From assembly GCA_963833425.1 (NCBI GenBank), contig CAWHXP010000008.1:340578-404577 (forward strand): a stretch of 64,000 nucleotides of DNA, given 5' to 3'. This document shows, in pieces, positions 22,539-33,485 of the stretch (position 1 is the stretch's first letter; the number at the start of each line of letters is the position of its first letter). The stretch is from an uncultured Methanosarcinaceae archaeon. GTDB lineage: Archaea > Halobacteriota > Methanosarcinia > Methanosarcinales > Methanosarcinaceae. The position numbers and the translations under genes were made by a program. The notes beneath the pieces were generated by a model. The model was given only the letters and a program-made list of their open reading frames with translations, was not told the DNA's origin and made no database searches.

Positions 22539-22856
22539 TTAGCAGATCCATACCCAGTTTTGCCTAGCAGAGCTCCATACCCAGTCACATCTAGGGTAAC
22601 GATGGCCATGGAAGTAGTGGGCACGTGGGCGGTGGTGACCCGTTCTTACTACAGCTGTGCGCCCTGGTCTTACTACAGCTGTGTGACCTGTTCTTACATT
22701 CCTCCCTCCATGACCCATTCTTACATTCTTCCCTGCGTGACCTTTTCTTAACTGCTTCGCTGCACTTACTGCTGCAGCTGCCACTGATACCACAAAAATG
22801 GCTATCAACAAAATAGCCAGTACCTTTTTCATTCTACTTGATGATTGTTTCAACAT
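22539..22856 (-). CDS. Small secreted Arg/His/Gly-rich cationic peptide
   Basis: GGAGTG RBS, MLKQSS leader ending AVSA, short tandem repeats, C-terminal CDWVWSSARQNWVWIC. Confidence 0.75.
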   Translation of the reverse strand: MLKQSSSRMKKVLAILLIAIFVVSVAAAAVSAAKQLRKGHAGKNVRMGHGGRNVRTGHTAVVRPGRTAVVRTGHHRPRAHYFHGHRYPRCDWVWSSARQNWVWIC

Positions 22857-23092
22857 TCATTTCACTCCTTTTCTATTTATTTTGATACTATTTTAATCCA
22901 GTTAGGACTTCTGTTCAAAATAGATAATTTCACTTGATGGAGATTGTATTAAGAGACATTGCAGACTATTCCACTTATTTACTCTTGAGTACTGAAGAAA
23001 TTTACTGGTTGAAGCTTCAAATCATGTTCACTATCATTGTCTGGGTAGTTTTTCCACTTCTGCTTTAGCTATATATAGCTACAATTTGTCAA

Positions 23093-23590
23093 TTAAGCCA
23101 TTAAATCGTTAGATCCATCCCAATAATTTGCCTTGTTTATATGTCCACTATCAGTATCTACGGTCATTCCTTTCAAATCGTTAGATCCATCCCAATAATT
23201 TGCCTCATTTATATGTCCACTATCAGTATCTATTCCCATTCCTTTCGCGGCTTTTATCTTTCCAGTTTTTTTGTTAATAGCCATTACTTTCGCAGCTTTC
23301 ATATCTCCATTTTCATTCTCTATAGTCGCTCCTTTTGCAGCTTTTATCTCTCCAGTTTCTTTATCAATGGCTACTCCTTTCGCAGCTCTAATCTCTCCAG
23401 TTTCGTTCTCTATAGCCGCTCCTTTTACAGCTTTAATCCGTCCATTGTCGGTATCGATGGCAATACCTTTTGCGGCTTTAATCACAACTGGTTCTGCGCT
23501 TACTGTTGCAGCTGTCATTGATACTATAAAAAAGACGACAAGCAAACTAATCAGTACCCTTTTCATTCTATCCGATGATTGTTTCAACAT
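23093..23590 (-). CDS. Small secreted repeat protein (15-aa repeats)
   Basis: Same MLKQSS leader; six IKAAKG.AID.E.G. units plus a 24-aa terminal duplication. Confidence 0.8.
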   Translation of the reverse strand: MLKQSSDRMKRVLISLLVVFFIVSMTAATVSAEPVVIKAAKGIAIDTDNGRIKAVKGAAIENETGEIRAAKGVAIDKETGEIKAAKGATIENENGDMKAAKVMAINKKTGKIKAAKGMGIDTDSGHINEANYWDGSNDLKGMTVDTDSGHINKANYWDGSNDLMA

Positions 23591-23999
23591 TTATTTCGCT
23601 CCTTTATGGCTAAATGTAACAACTATACTGAAATTTGTTTTCGGTAACTATTCAAGCTACAAAAATTGGTTGTTGATATATGGTCTAGTACATCAACAAA
23701 TTTTGATGAATCGCTATATTTAATGAGTTTGTTAGTTATTTTAAATTAATTATAAATAAAATAGTTTCAAAATAAAAATTATTTACCCAGAAGATATTTT
23801 AACATTGAACAACATTTAGATATTAATAATGTGTTATAATATTTTCTGAAACATTACGAAGACAGAATCTATCATTAATAAAATAAATTTCGAGCAATTG
23901 AGAGCGAAATTCAAGTATATGCAATCTCTTGATCATCATTGAGATCCACACAGTTAAGAGCATAAGATGCTGTCTTTTCAAGTAAACTGCATACTTTAA

Positions 24000-24312
24000 A
24001 ATTTTTTTAAAGCTCATGAATAAAATATGGAGTTTCTAGTGGGCTGATTCCATTTTTTTTTCCCTAATTTTTCTCTTGATTTTCTCCCATTCTAGCGCAG
24101 AGTCCAGCTTCACAGTCTTTTATCAAATCAATTATCCTACACAAAGCATCTTCTTTATTTCCGTAAGCTGCCGAGCCACATAAAGGTCTAGCCTCTCTAA
24201 TTTCTATGAATTGTATTTCACCGTAATCAACTTCAAATATCAAAAAACGAGATGCATTTCTAAAATGCTGATTGATAACCTTGCCATTACTTGAAACGAC
24301 CGCAACTGTCAT
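24000..24312 (-). pseudogene. NifX/NifB-C (FeMo-cofactor binding) family protein, frameshifted near 3' end
   Basis: VAVVSSNG..INQHF..A..FLIFEV, DC...LCARMG; continuation GISPLETPYFI is in another frame. Confidence 0.75.
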
Positions 24313-24504
24313 TATTTCATAATCCTTTTTAATCTAACTGTAACACAGGTTCAAAATCTTTTGATAAAAATGAGTTCACACTTCCGCAATTGAACTAGAA
24401 ATCATTAGTATAAAATCTCTAATTGTCTTGTCTAAACTTAAACTATGACGCTTTCTATGCTTGATTTCGCTTATCACTTGCGTGAGTTTAATGTTTTATC
24501 AGGC

Positions 24505-25308
24505 TTAAAGAACAAAACCATATTTTCTAAGTATCTCTTGTTCGTCTTTCTCGGTCACAAAATCAATGAATTTCTGAGCTTTTTCTTTGTGCTTAGAAGA
24601 AGAAACTACAGCTATTGGATAGTCAATTGGGATATTAACAGGCACATTGGTGACTATTTTGATAGTTTTGGGTTGTGCAGTCTTTGCATCGGTTATATAT
24701 ACAAAACCTGCATCTACATCTCCTCTTTCCACGTATACAAGTACTTGCTTGACATCTTCAGCAAGTACCACTTTATTTTTCAGCTGTCCCCACAAACCAG
24801 CATCAGTAAGTGCAAGTAGCGAATATTCACCTACCGGGACTATATCAGGGTTTCCAATGCTTATTTTTCTGAATTTTAGGGTTTACTAAATCTTTTATGC
24901 TGGCTATGTTAAGAGTAGTGTTTTCATGAACAATAAGCACAAGTGAATTGTGAGCAAAATCTTTTCGTGAATTGTTCATGATAAGTGATTTGTTGGCAAG
25001 TATGTTCATTTGATGCTCGTCTGCTGAAGCAAAAACATCTACAGGGGCTCCCCCTTCTACTTGCATACGTAGATTACCTGAACTTCCAAAGTTGAAGTTT
25101 ACATTTGTTCCAGGATTTTCCTTTTCAAACTTGGAAGCGATATTCTTGAAAGTTTCAGTAAGGATTGCAGCTGCAGAAACTGTTATAACTTCAGGCATTG
25201 TTGTACTTGAATCGCTGTATTATTTGGAGTTCCACCTCTATTACCAATGCATCCTGTTGCAAAGAATAAACTCAACATAACTAATAGAATTACCAGTTAT
25301 TTTCTCAT
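24505..25308 (-). pseudogene. modA: Molybdate ABC transporter substrate-binding lipoprotein
   Basis: ITVSAAA, NFGSSG.L..Q.EGGAP.DVFASA, IGNP..VPVG.Y, GDVDAGFVY.TDA, YPIAVV; early stop plus frameshifts. Confidence 0.9.
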
Positions 25309-25589
25309 TATTTTACCACGTGTAATATTAATTGCTTGTATAGCCGGTAATATACTGGATATCTAATTATATTTAATATTTTTCATCTAAAATGCCGATT
25401 CTATTAGAGATTCTATTATGAAACACATAGGTAAAATTTATAAATTCTTTTGATATCCATTTTTCTTTGTCACAAAAAATTGAATTGGTTTTATAGCAAA
25501 ATCGATGTATAAATATTGTATTGATTCCTATTTTATCAAATGAGAAAATGGATTTATAAAGCACCAAAATTTTCGACTCTTATTTATTC

Positions 25590-27060
25590 CATAATCCTTA
25601 GGTCCCTATTCCATGTCTAAACTCCTCTAGGTCAGAATATCCATCAGGGTATTTGGTGACATAAGCTTTCGTTTTAATGGATTTACCGAAGTCCAAAAAG
25701 ATAGTGAAGGCCCCTGTAATTAACTTTTGAGCTTCAAAATAACCTCTTCTATCTCTTCTTAGCCGCACTCGATAAGAATTGTGTCACGTATAAGAGCAAT
25801 GATTTTGATATCGTTCTCGGCAATAGAATAAAGGCAACTTTGAGAATTTCTGCACATGTTGCTTGACAAAGAAAGTTTCGGATCTTTCTTCCTTCTCTCC
25901 CCACCCAAAACGCTCAGTTGCCAACCAAAACAGGTCGTATTCTTTTAGATAACAGAGGCGCAAGAGTCGTGTCCAAAAAGTTTTCACACCAGTTTAAATA
26001 TCCATTATAAACCCGTCTATGGTGCCTTAGCAGCGCTTTAGCATAGAGTGTGTTCATCTGTGCGCAATGCCAGACTATCTAGCCCATAACGTATCGAATC
26101 CCAATACATAAGTTTTAAAAGGATCTCCAGCAGTTTAATGAGTTAATTTCTTAGCTTCAAGTGGCACTGCCCAGCCTGTTTTGCAAATGCTAGATCAGGA
26201 TCTTTTGTGAAATATGCAGCTTTCATTCCTTGATCATCCGACAAAGCAGCTGCTATAATAAACTCTTGTTGAGAATAATTACTGTAAGCCATCACTTTAC
26301 CTTTTTCAGGGTTGATAAGGCTTCTAAGCCATGCTGCTGGCACAAGACAAACTGAGAAGTACTTGGAGCATTCTTTCCAGTTTTTGCCTTAAAGGATATA
26401 GAGTGAACATCTATTATGCCCATCAGATCCAATTCAATTCTGACAGTCTCGATCGACCTAAAATATATCGAAGATCTCTCAACCCTTGGAGTTGTGGGTA
26501 TCAAATAACTATTTCTTTGAAAATACGATCTTTCTGTTCTAAATTTTCCTACTTTAGTCCTAGGCCAAAAAGTTCCATTTATACTCAAATATTGTTCAAA
26601 CTTAAAAATCTTGAATGTAGTACCCTCATAAACTCCATGATCTTTACCTATATCTCAAATGAGTCTATTCAAATTATTATCCAGTTTAATTTCAATCTAT
26701 CTAGAATTTTCATATCAATTGGGACCCCGTGATGTTCCATGGAGGCTATGGTTCCATGTACTGACCGAAGAATACTGCTATCGGAATATCGATGAATGGG
26801 AGCATTTTTCTGAATAGCTCTATGATCTCTTGAACGTCGCTTGCACATATGTGAGAATGCTTTCTTTCTCATCCGTTGTGTATAGTGGATCCTGTATAAT
26901 TCTAACACAGTCTGCCTCTTTCCCCGATTTAGAGTCGTATTCACTCCAAACCTTTGGAAGGCTCTAATAACCCATTAGAGATGTCTGGTAGACCATTGTA
27001 AGCAATTTAAACTCCGCAAATAGCCACTATTATGGGTAAAGACCAATTTAAATCCCAATA
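25590..27060 (-). pseudogene. polA: Heavily degraded family-A DNA polymerase
   Basis: MEHHGVPID, WPRTK.G, F.AKTG.N.PS, PAAWLRSLI.PE.G, (D)YSQQEF.IAAALS.D motif A, PIRDTILIE motif C remnant, KYPD.Y.D.RG. Confidence 0.8.
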
Positions 27061-27402
27061 AAAGCCCTCAAAACTTGTAAGTTCTAAGAACAGCTGTTGA
27101 ATGTGTCAGATTTTACCGTAACAAAAAGATTCATGTTATTAAATACGCTTAAAATCTAGAAATGTGGCAAAATCAAGATAAAAAAGATTTTTTTTCGGGT
27201 AATGTCTCTTAGCTTTCTGTTTATTCATAGTTGTTTTTCGATTTTTCGACGACGAGATATTTCATTCAATTATCTTTAAATTTTTTTATCATATTCTATT
27301 TTCAAAAAGGTTATATCGGATATAATCCTAACTATGCTAAACTCGTGAATGTTACAAATTCAAATAATTGTGTTAAGCCAAACTAAAATTGAGGTTTCAA
27401 AA

Positions 27403-27795
27403 ATGACAGAAAAACTCGGAATTCTGGCTATAGGCCATGGGAGCAAACTGCCTTACAATAAAGAAGTAGTCACTCAAATAGCAAATCACATCGCTCAAAA
27501 ACACTCTAATGTCATCGTCAGAGCCGGTTTCATGGAAAACAGTGAACCAACACTAGCAAAAGCAATCGAAGGCTTTTCAGGAACGGGGGTGACAAAAGTA
27601 GCAGCAGTACCAGTTTTCTTGGCTTCGGGAGTTCATATTACGAAGGACATTCCTGAAATCCTAAAATTGGACCAAAAAGGCTGTGGAAACCTGACAATTG
27701 ATGGAAAGCCAGTCCCTGTGTGCTATGCAAGGCCTCTTGGAGCTGACGAACTAATTGCTGATCTTGTTTTCAAGAGAGCTCAGGAAGTCCTGTAA
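27403..27795 (+). CDS. cfbA: Sirohydrochlorin nickel chelatase
   Basis: [26 protein letters not shown]; small CbiX-type protein first in the cfb cluster. Confidence 0.95.
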   Translation: MTEKLGILAIGHGSKLPYNKEVVTQIANHIAQKHSNVIVRAGFMENSEPTLAKAIEGFSGTGVTKVAAVPVFLASGVHITKDIPEILKLDQKGCGNLTIDGKPVPVCYARPLGADELIADLVFKRAQEVL

Positions 27796-27822
27796 GCTCA
27801 TCGTCAAGGTCCGGTTTTAGTC

Positions 27823-29322
27823 ATGGACCTCTACCCAAAGAAACTCGCCGTGCTAGACCTGATCCACGGTGGCATTCCCATAGCAAAAAAACTTGCAACC
27901 CTTGGATGTGAAGTGACGGGAGTAGATGTCTATGGGACAGTTGATCCAGAACTGCTGATCGAGCTTAAGGAAAAAAATGGCATATACTGCTCAAAAAATT
28001 CTCTTTCTACTCTTGGATTCGATCTCCTAGTAGCACCAGTACACCTGGATTCTGCCTATCCAATGCTTACAGAAGCCAGAGCAGAAGCAAAAAGAATCTT
28101 ATCGCATCATGAAATCGTTGGAAAAATACTCAAAAATGACTCAAGACTCTCCGGTATAAAAACAATCGAGATTACTGGTGTCAAAGCAAAAACAAGTACT
28201 GCATCTCTCCTTGCTGATATGCTTTCCAGAAAGTTTGACGTAGCACTGCATACCTCCAGAGGACTTGAAACCTGGAAAGGGGGTATTTCGTCTCTTATTT
28301 GCAAGGGCTTGAGCATAACACCTGGAAATATTCTCGTTGTAGTTGATAAAGTTTTTGAGATAGGATTTAGGCCCGATTTTTTCATATTCGAAATCTCGAT
28401 CGGAGGTACTGGAAATGCAGATATTGGAATCCTGACAACCCTTTCTCCAGACTATTTAATTGGCAACGATACTGCCCTTGCAAGCGAGGCAAAGCTCCAG
28501 CTTGTAAGCGGCGCAAAACCCGGAAGTACTCTTATACTCAACGCTGGAGCCAAAAAAGTCATTGAAGTCGCAAAAAAGGGTAAAGCAAATGTTTTAACAT
28601 TCAAAGACCCCTTTGATGTGGGGACTCTCGAAAAGACAGTTAAAGTCGCTGACTTTTTGCTAGAAACAAGAAAATATACTGAATTACAACCAATTTCTTC
28701 AGATTTGTCTGCTTCAACAGTACAATCAAAATTACAGGAATTATCAGTAGCTTCGACATCATCAGGCTGCGTAATTAATTTTATTCGCGGAGAGGATGAA
28801 ATTTTCTCAGCTTCCTTGCTTGCTGGATACAATATTTCGGCTTACCTGACGGCTTTCATAGCAGCATCTTCAGCGGCCCTTGAGCTTGGAGTCGAATGTG
28901 AAGCAATTGTTGCGGTTCTTGAGGGATTCAGGGGACTATTAGGCAGGATGCAAGAAATGGAGCTCAATAGTATAACCCTGATAGACAATTCCAATTCGGG
29001 CATGGATATCCTATCAGCTGAGAAAGCCTTTGAGTATGCCCTCCTGAAGAAAACGGACGAAAAAAAGAAGGGAGGCATCATCTTAATCCTTGGTGAAGAA
29101 GCCTCTCAGGTCTGCGAGGGACTACACCCTGTATCAGTACAAGAGCTAGTAAAAAAATTAGGCATGAAATATAAACAGATTATCCTGGTTGGAGAACGAA
29201 TGAAAGCAATAGTCCCCAAAAATGCCATTTATGCAGCCAGTCTTCCTGAAGGACTCGCTAAAGCTTCAGAACTTGCAAATAAAGAGGATATAATACTTTC
29301 TTCGGTAAAATGTTTCCGTTAG
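27823..29322 (+). CDS. cfbE: Coenzyme F430 synthetase (Mur-ligase-like)
   Basis: [37 protein letters not shown]. Confidence 0.93.
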   Translation: MDLYPKKLAVLDLIHGGIPIAKKLATLGCEVTGVDVYGTVDPELLIELKEKNGIYCSKNSLSTLGFDLLVAPVHLDSAYPMLTEARAEAKRILSHHEIVGKILKNDSRLSGIKTIEITGVKAKTSTASLLADMLSRKFDVALHTSRGLETWKGGISSLICKGLSITPGNILVVVDKVFEIGFRPDFFIFEISIGGTGNADIGILTTLSPDYLIGNDTALASEAKLQLVSGAKPGSTLILNAGAKKVIEVAKKGKANVLTFKDPFDVGTLEKTVKVADFLLETRKYTELQPISSDLSASTVQSKLQELSVASTSSGCVINFIRGEDEIFSASLLAGYNISAYLTAFIAASSAALELGVECEAIVAVLEGFRGLLGRMQEMELNSITLIDNSNSGMDILSAEKAFEYALLKKTDEKKKGGIILILGEEASQVCEGLHPVSVQELVKKLGMKYKQIILVGERMKAIVPKNAIYAASLPEGLAKASELANKEDIILSSVKCFR

Positions 29323-29723
29323 AGATCTATTTTATGAAATTTTCTTTGTAAATTCTTGTAAAGTATTAAAACGTCCAGAATAAAAGAGCTGAAGATGGGT
29401 TTATCTCATGTCGAATATTTTTTCCGAGATTTATATGATACAATTTTATACAGCCTCTTCCAATCTGTATCCTTCTATCGCTTGATTTAATTCAAGTTGA
29501 TTGGTATTTCTCTTGATTAAATCTCAATTAACTTATCTCCCAGATCTTTCTTCCCTTATGATCTGTTGTCCGAATTTAGAAGGACACGGTAGCTTCCATG
29601 TAGAAATCAGAATCAACCCCATACGCATCATAAGCTTATTTGTAATTACGAGAACACGTAATTAGAAAAGTTATCATTAAGATAATTTATTTTTAAGAGG
29701 ATTTATCGCTAAGAGGATTTTTA

Positions 29724-30836
29724 ATGACTAGAAAAGAGATTTTGATAATTCATCCCCGCCCGAGTTCCATTGTTGCGGCTCTTTACACACTCAGAGACTT
29801 AAATGTCGATGTCGCTATAATGCATGGGCCTCCAGGATGTTCTTTTAAACATGCGAGGCTGCTTGAAGAAGATGGGATACATGTAGTCAGTACGGGTCTT
29901 GAAGAGAACAATTTTGTTTTTGGAGGACACGCTCGGCTAGTAAAACTGATAAAAAAGTCCATTGAACTCTTCAATCCAAAGGTAATCGGAGTTATCGGAA
30001 CTTGTGCCAGCATGATCATTGGAGAAGAAATGCACGAAGCAGTCTTAGAGGCGAACACTGACATCCCAGTAATTGAAGTTGAGGTGCACGCAGGTTACCC
30101 TGACAACACTAAAGGGGTACTCTATGCCCTGGAATCTGCACTCAATGCCGGGATTATAGATCATAAAGAGTTCGAGCGCCAGGGGTACCTCCTCGAAAAA
30201 GCCACGGAGGTTGAAAAGAGATTTGGAGCTGCAAGCAAGGAATATCTTGCTCCCTCCAGGGGAGATATCAAATATAAAGTTGCTAAGCGAGTAATTCAAC
30301 TTCTTAAGGAAGGTAAAAAGGGCCTGATCATCATGAATGCTAAGAAGGAAACTGGCTACATGTTTGCAGACATCATTCTCGCAGTCAACGAAGTTGCAAC
30401 AGCTCTCGGGATACATAAAAATCTCATAAACATGGCAAATATAGATACCATACTCGGGCTTCCGCGAGTCAGGCAACATGCAGAATACATAACGCGAGAT
30501 CTTAAAGCCCAAGGAGTCGAGGTGCATGAAATCATTGGAGGAATGGACGAATATCCTGTAGCAGGGGAAAAGGTAAGTGAATTGGTAAAGGACAAATATG
30601 TTGATTACGATTTTGCGGTAATTACAGGCGTTCCACATGCAATCCCGATGGAGAACATACGACATATGGAGTTAATTTCAATTACCAACGGTCCAAGGCA
30701 GGTTTTACCCTTGAAAGAGATGGGACACAAACATGTTCTTGTGGAAATTGACCTTCACCCGAAAACTCTGGGAGTCAGCAAAATAGTGGAATCCGAGTTT
30801 GGAGCCACTTTAAGGGAAATTGCAAAGGAGGCCTGA
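29724..30836 (+). CDS. cfbD: Ni-sirohydrochlorin a,c-diamide reductive cyclase, catalytic subunit (NifD-like)
   Basis: [35 protein letters not shown]. Confidence 0.95.
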   Translation: MTRKEILIIHPRPSSIVAALYTLRDLNVDVAIMHGPPGCSFKHARLLEEDGIHVVSTGLEENNFVFGGHARLVKLIKKSIELFNPKVIGVIGTCASMIIGEEMHEAVLEANTDIPVIEVEVHAGYPDNTKGVLYALESALNAGIIDHKEFERQGYLLEKATEVEKRFGAASKEYLAPSRGDIKYKVAKRVIQLLKEGKKGLIIMNAKKETGYMFADIILAVNEVATALGIHKNLINMANIDTILGLPRVRQHAEYITRDLKAQGVEVHEIIGGMDEYPVAGEKVSELVKDKYVDYDFAVITGVPHAIPMENIRHMELISITNGPRQVLPLKEMGHKHVLVEIDLHPKTLGVSKIVESEFGATLREIAKEA

Positions 30837-30872
30837 GATAAAAGGATCAGAATGAATCCAGGAGGAAGTTCT

Positions 30873-31670
30873 TTGAAAAATCAAAAAATCATAGCAATCT
30901 ATGGGAAAGGTGGCATAGGCAAGTCGAGTACGGCTTCAAATGTTGCAGCTGCCTGTGCAGAAGCAGGGAACAAAGTCATGATCATAGGCTGTGACCCTAA
31001 AAGCGATTCCTCCATCACCCTGCTTAGAGGTATAAGAATTCCAACCATTCTTGATCTTCTGCGTGAAGGTATAGATGTAAAGGAAAATAATGTGGTTTTT
31101 GACGGTTATGCAGGAGTCAAGTGCGTGGAAACAGGTGGTCCGGAGCCGGGGATAGGCTGTGCAGGACGCGGGATTATTGTTGCTATCCAAAAACTGAAAA
31201 GCATATCAGGGGACCTCTTAAAAGAGCAGGACCTCATCATTTATGATGTTCCTGGAGATATCGTCTGTGGCGGTTTTGTGGCCCCTGTCAGGAAAGGCTT
31301 TGTAAATGAGACTTATATAATGACTTCAGGGGAATATATGCCCCTTTATGCAGCAAATAATATCTGCAAGGGTCTTTCCAAAATAGGAATGCCTCTTAGC
31401 GGGATAATATGCAATTCAAGGAATGCAAGCAGGGAAGAAGAAATCGTAGCGAAGTTTGCTGAGGAGATTCGCAGCCAACTAATGGCTTTTATTCCAAAAA
31501 GTAGTGTAGTTCAGGACTGTGAAAGGGAAGGCTATTCGGTTATGGAAAAGGCGCATGATTCAGACATTGCCGAAATCTACCGTAAACTCGGAAAAGCAAT
31601 TCTCGAAAACGAAAAAAAAGATGCCGCAGAATCCCTGAGCGACAATATATTGAGAGAATTGACTAAATAA
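30873..31670 (+). CDS. cfbC: Ni-sirohydrochlorin a,c-diamide reductive cyclase, ATP-dependent reductase (NifH-like)
   Basis: [40 protein letters not shown] start after AGGAGG. Confidence 0.95.
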   Translation: MKNQKIIAIYGKGGIGKSSTASNVAAACAEAGNKVMIIGCDPKSDSSITLLRGIRIPTILDLLREGIDVKENNVVFDGYAGVKCVETGGPEPGIGCAGRGIIVAIQKLKSISGDLLKEQDLIIYDVPGDIVCGGFVAPVRKGFVNETYIMTSGEYMPLYAANNICKGLSKIGMPLSGIICNSRNASREEEIVAKFAEEIRSQLMAFIPKSSVVQDCEREGYSVMEKAHDSDIAEIYRKLGKAILENEKKDAAESLSDNILRELTK

Positions 31671-31768
31671 GCTGCAGTAACAAGTAGACGGTGAAATTAT
31701 TTAAGTCACAATAGCTTCCATGGAAAAGAATTCTCAGGCTAAAAATAAGCTCAAGGGTGTAGAAAAAC

Positions 31769-33262
31769 ATGGTTCATGGTAAACAATCCAAAACAGGGAC
31801 TGGGAGCATCCCCAGGATCCTTATTTCTGCAGATCGTTCCTCCTCAGGTAAGACCACTATTTCAATAGGTCTGATGGCTTCCCTTGTTTCAAGAGGATAC
31901 AAGGTACAGCCCTTCAAGGTTGCTCTGGACTACATCGACTCTAGCTATCATACCGAAATAACTGGTAGGTTTTGCCGGAATCTTGACGGTTATCTTATGA
32001 ATAAGGATGAAATTCTGGACATCTATACCCATGCATGTGAAGCCGAAGGTAAGACTGATATTGCAATCATAGAAGGGGTTCGTGGGCTTTATGAAGGTTT
32101 CGAAAGCTTAAGCGACCTTGGAAGCACTGCACAGATCGCAAAGATACTAAATTGTCCAGTAATCCTAGTAATCAATGCACAGGGCATTACGCGTTCGAGT
32201 GCTGCTCTGGTCAACGGATACAAAAACTTCGACTTAGACGTGAAAATTGCAGGAGTTATTCTCAACAACATCGGAAGCCGCCGTCATGCTGAAAAGGCAA
32301 AAGAAGCGATCGAGTACTACACCGATATTTCTGTATTAGGTGTCCTCCCCAGAGATCCAGCAATGCAAATTTCCATGCGCCATCTAGGGCTTATGCCGGC
32401 TCTTGAAGGCAGAAGAAGGCTAGGAGATGGAGTTTTTGAAGCCCGACTCATGGGCATTGAGGAGATTATTAGCGAGGGAATAGATGTTGACCGCATCCTG
32501 AAAATTGCAAGCAGCGCAAAACCTTTGAAAATTTCAAAAAACACCATTTTTGCCTCTACTTTCATTGAAAGAAAATGTAAACCGAAAATAGGTGTTGCAA
32601 TGGATGAAGCTTTCAATTTCTACTATCGCGATAACATAGACCTTCTGAAGCTTGCAGGAGCAGAAATTGTTTATTTCAGCCCTGTTAAAGATCCTGCGCT
32701 CCCTGAAGTTGATGGGCTCTATATCGGGGGCGGCTATCCTGAGCTATTTGCAGCAGAACTTGAAGCTAATGAATCCATGCGATGGGATATCAAAAAAGCT
32801 TCTTCTGAAGGCATGCCAATATATGCCGAGTGCGGAGGGCTGATGTACCTTACGAAAAAAATTAGCACAGGCATCCCTGGAATTGGCACTTACCACGATG
32901 CATCAGTTCCAGAGTCCACGTACTCGATGGTTGGTGCACTACCGGGACATACAATCATGGGACAGACAAGGGTCGTCAGCTACAATATCGGGACTCTTGA
33001 GAGGGACTGTCTTATTGGTAAAAAGGGTAATAGCTTTAAAGGACACGAGTTCCATCACTCCGAAATAATGGAAATTCCTGATACTGCAGAATTTGCAATA
33101 ACACTTTCCAGAGGGACAGGGATAAAAAACGATAGAGATGGGCTCATTTCCCAAAATACTCTTGGATCTTACGCTCATCTGCATGGAGTTGCATACAGGG
33201 AGCTTGTGAGCACAATTGTAGAGGCTGCTAAAAAGTTCAAGGAGCGCAAAGTTTTTTCATAA
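31769..33262 (+). CDS. cfbB: Ni-sirohydrochlorin a,c-diamide synthase (CbiA-like)
   Basis: SSSGKTT, IEGVRGLYEG, GGGYPE, YAECGGLMYL, GHEFHHS. Confidence 0.95.
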   Translation: MVHGKQSKTGTGSIPRILISADRSSSGKTTISIGLMASLVSRGYKVQPFKVALDYIDSSYHTEITGRFCRNLDGYLMNKDEILDIYTHACEAEGKTDIAIIEGVRGLYEGFESLSDLGSTAQIAKILNCPVILVINAQGITRSSAALVNGYKNFDLDVKIAGVILNNIGSRRHAEKAKEAIEYYTDISVLGVLPRDPAMQISMRHLGLMPALEGRRRLGDGVFEARLMGIEEIISEGIDVDRILKIASSAKPLKISKNTIFASTFIERKCKPKIGVAMDEAFNFYYRDNIDLLKLAGAEIVYFSPVKDPALPEVDGLYIGGGYPELFAAELEANESMRWDIKKASSEGMPIYAECGGLMYLTKKISTGIPGIGTYHDASVPESTYSMVGALPGHTIMGQTRVVSYNIGTLERDCLIGKKGNSFKGHEFHHSEIMEIPDTAEFAITLSRGTGIKNDRDGLISQNTLGSYAHLHGVAYRELVSTIVEAAKKFKERKVFS

Positions 33263-33485
33263 ACCTGGTCTATGCAAGCATTAAGGATTGCTTGTGAGCA
33301 ACAAGCTCATGTAAAAATGAATGGAAGAGTTATAAAACCCCAATAAAGTACAGGTCTTGGGTCTATAAAGGTAAGAAAAAATATTAGACCAATCCAGGTT
33401 ATGAAACAAGTCAGTTGGGATCAACCAGATTAATAATAAGCAAGGTTATTGAAAATAACCTGTTTTTGTTTTATTTTATTTTCAG

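Noticed and set aside
29724..31670. Nitrogenase nifD/nifH
   Set aside because: Short NifD-like protein, no nifK, flanked by cfbA/E/B: these are CfbD and CfbC
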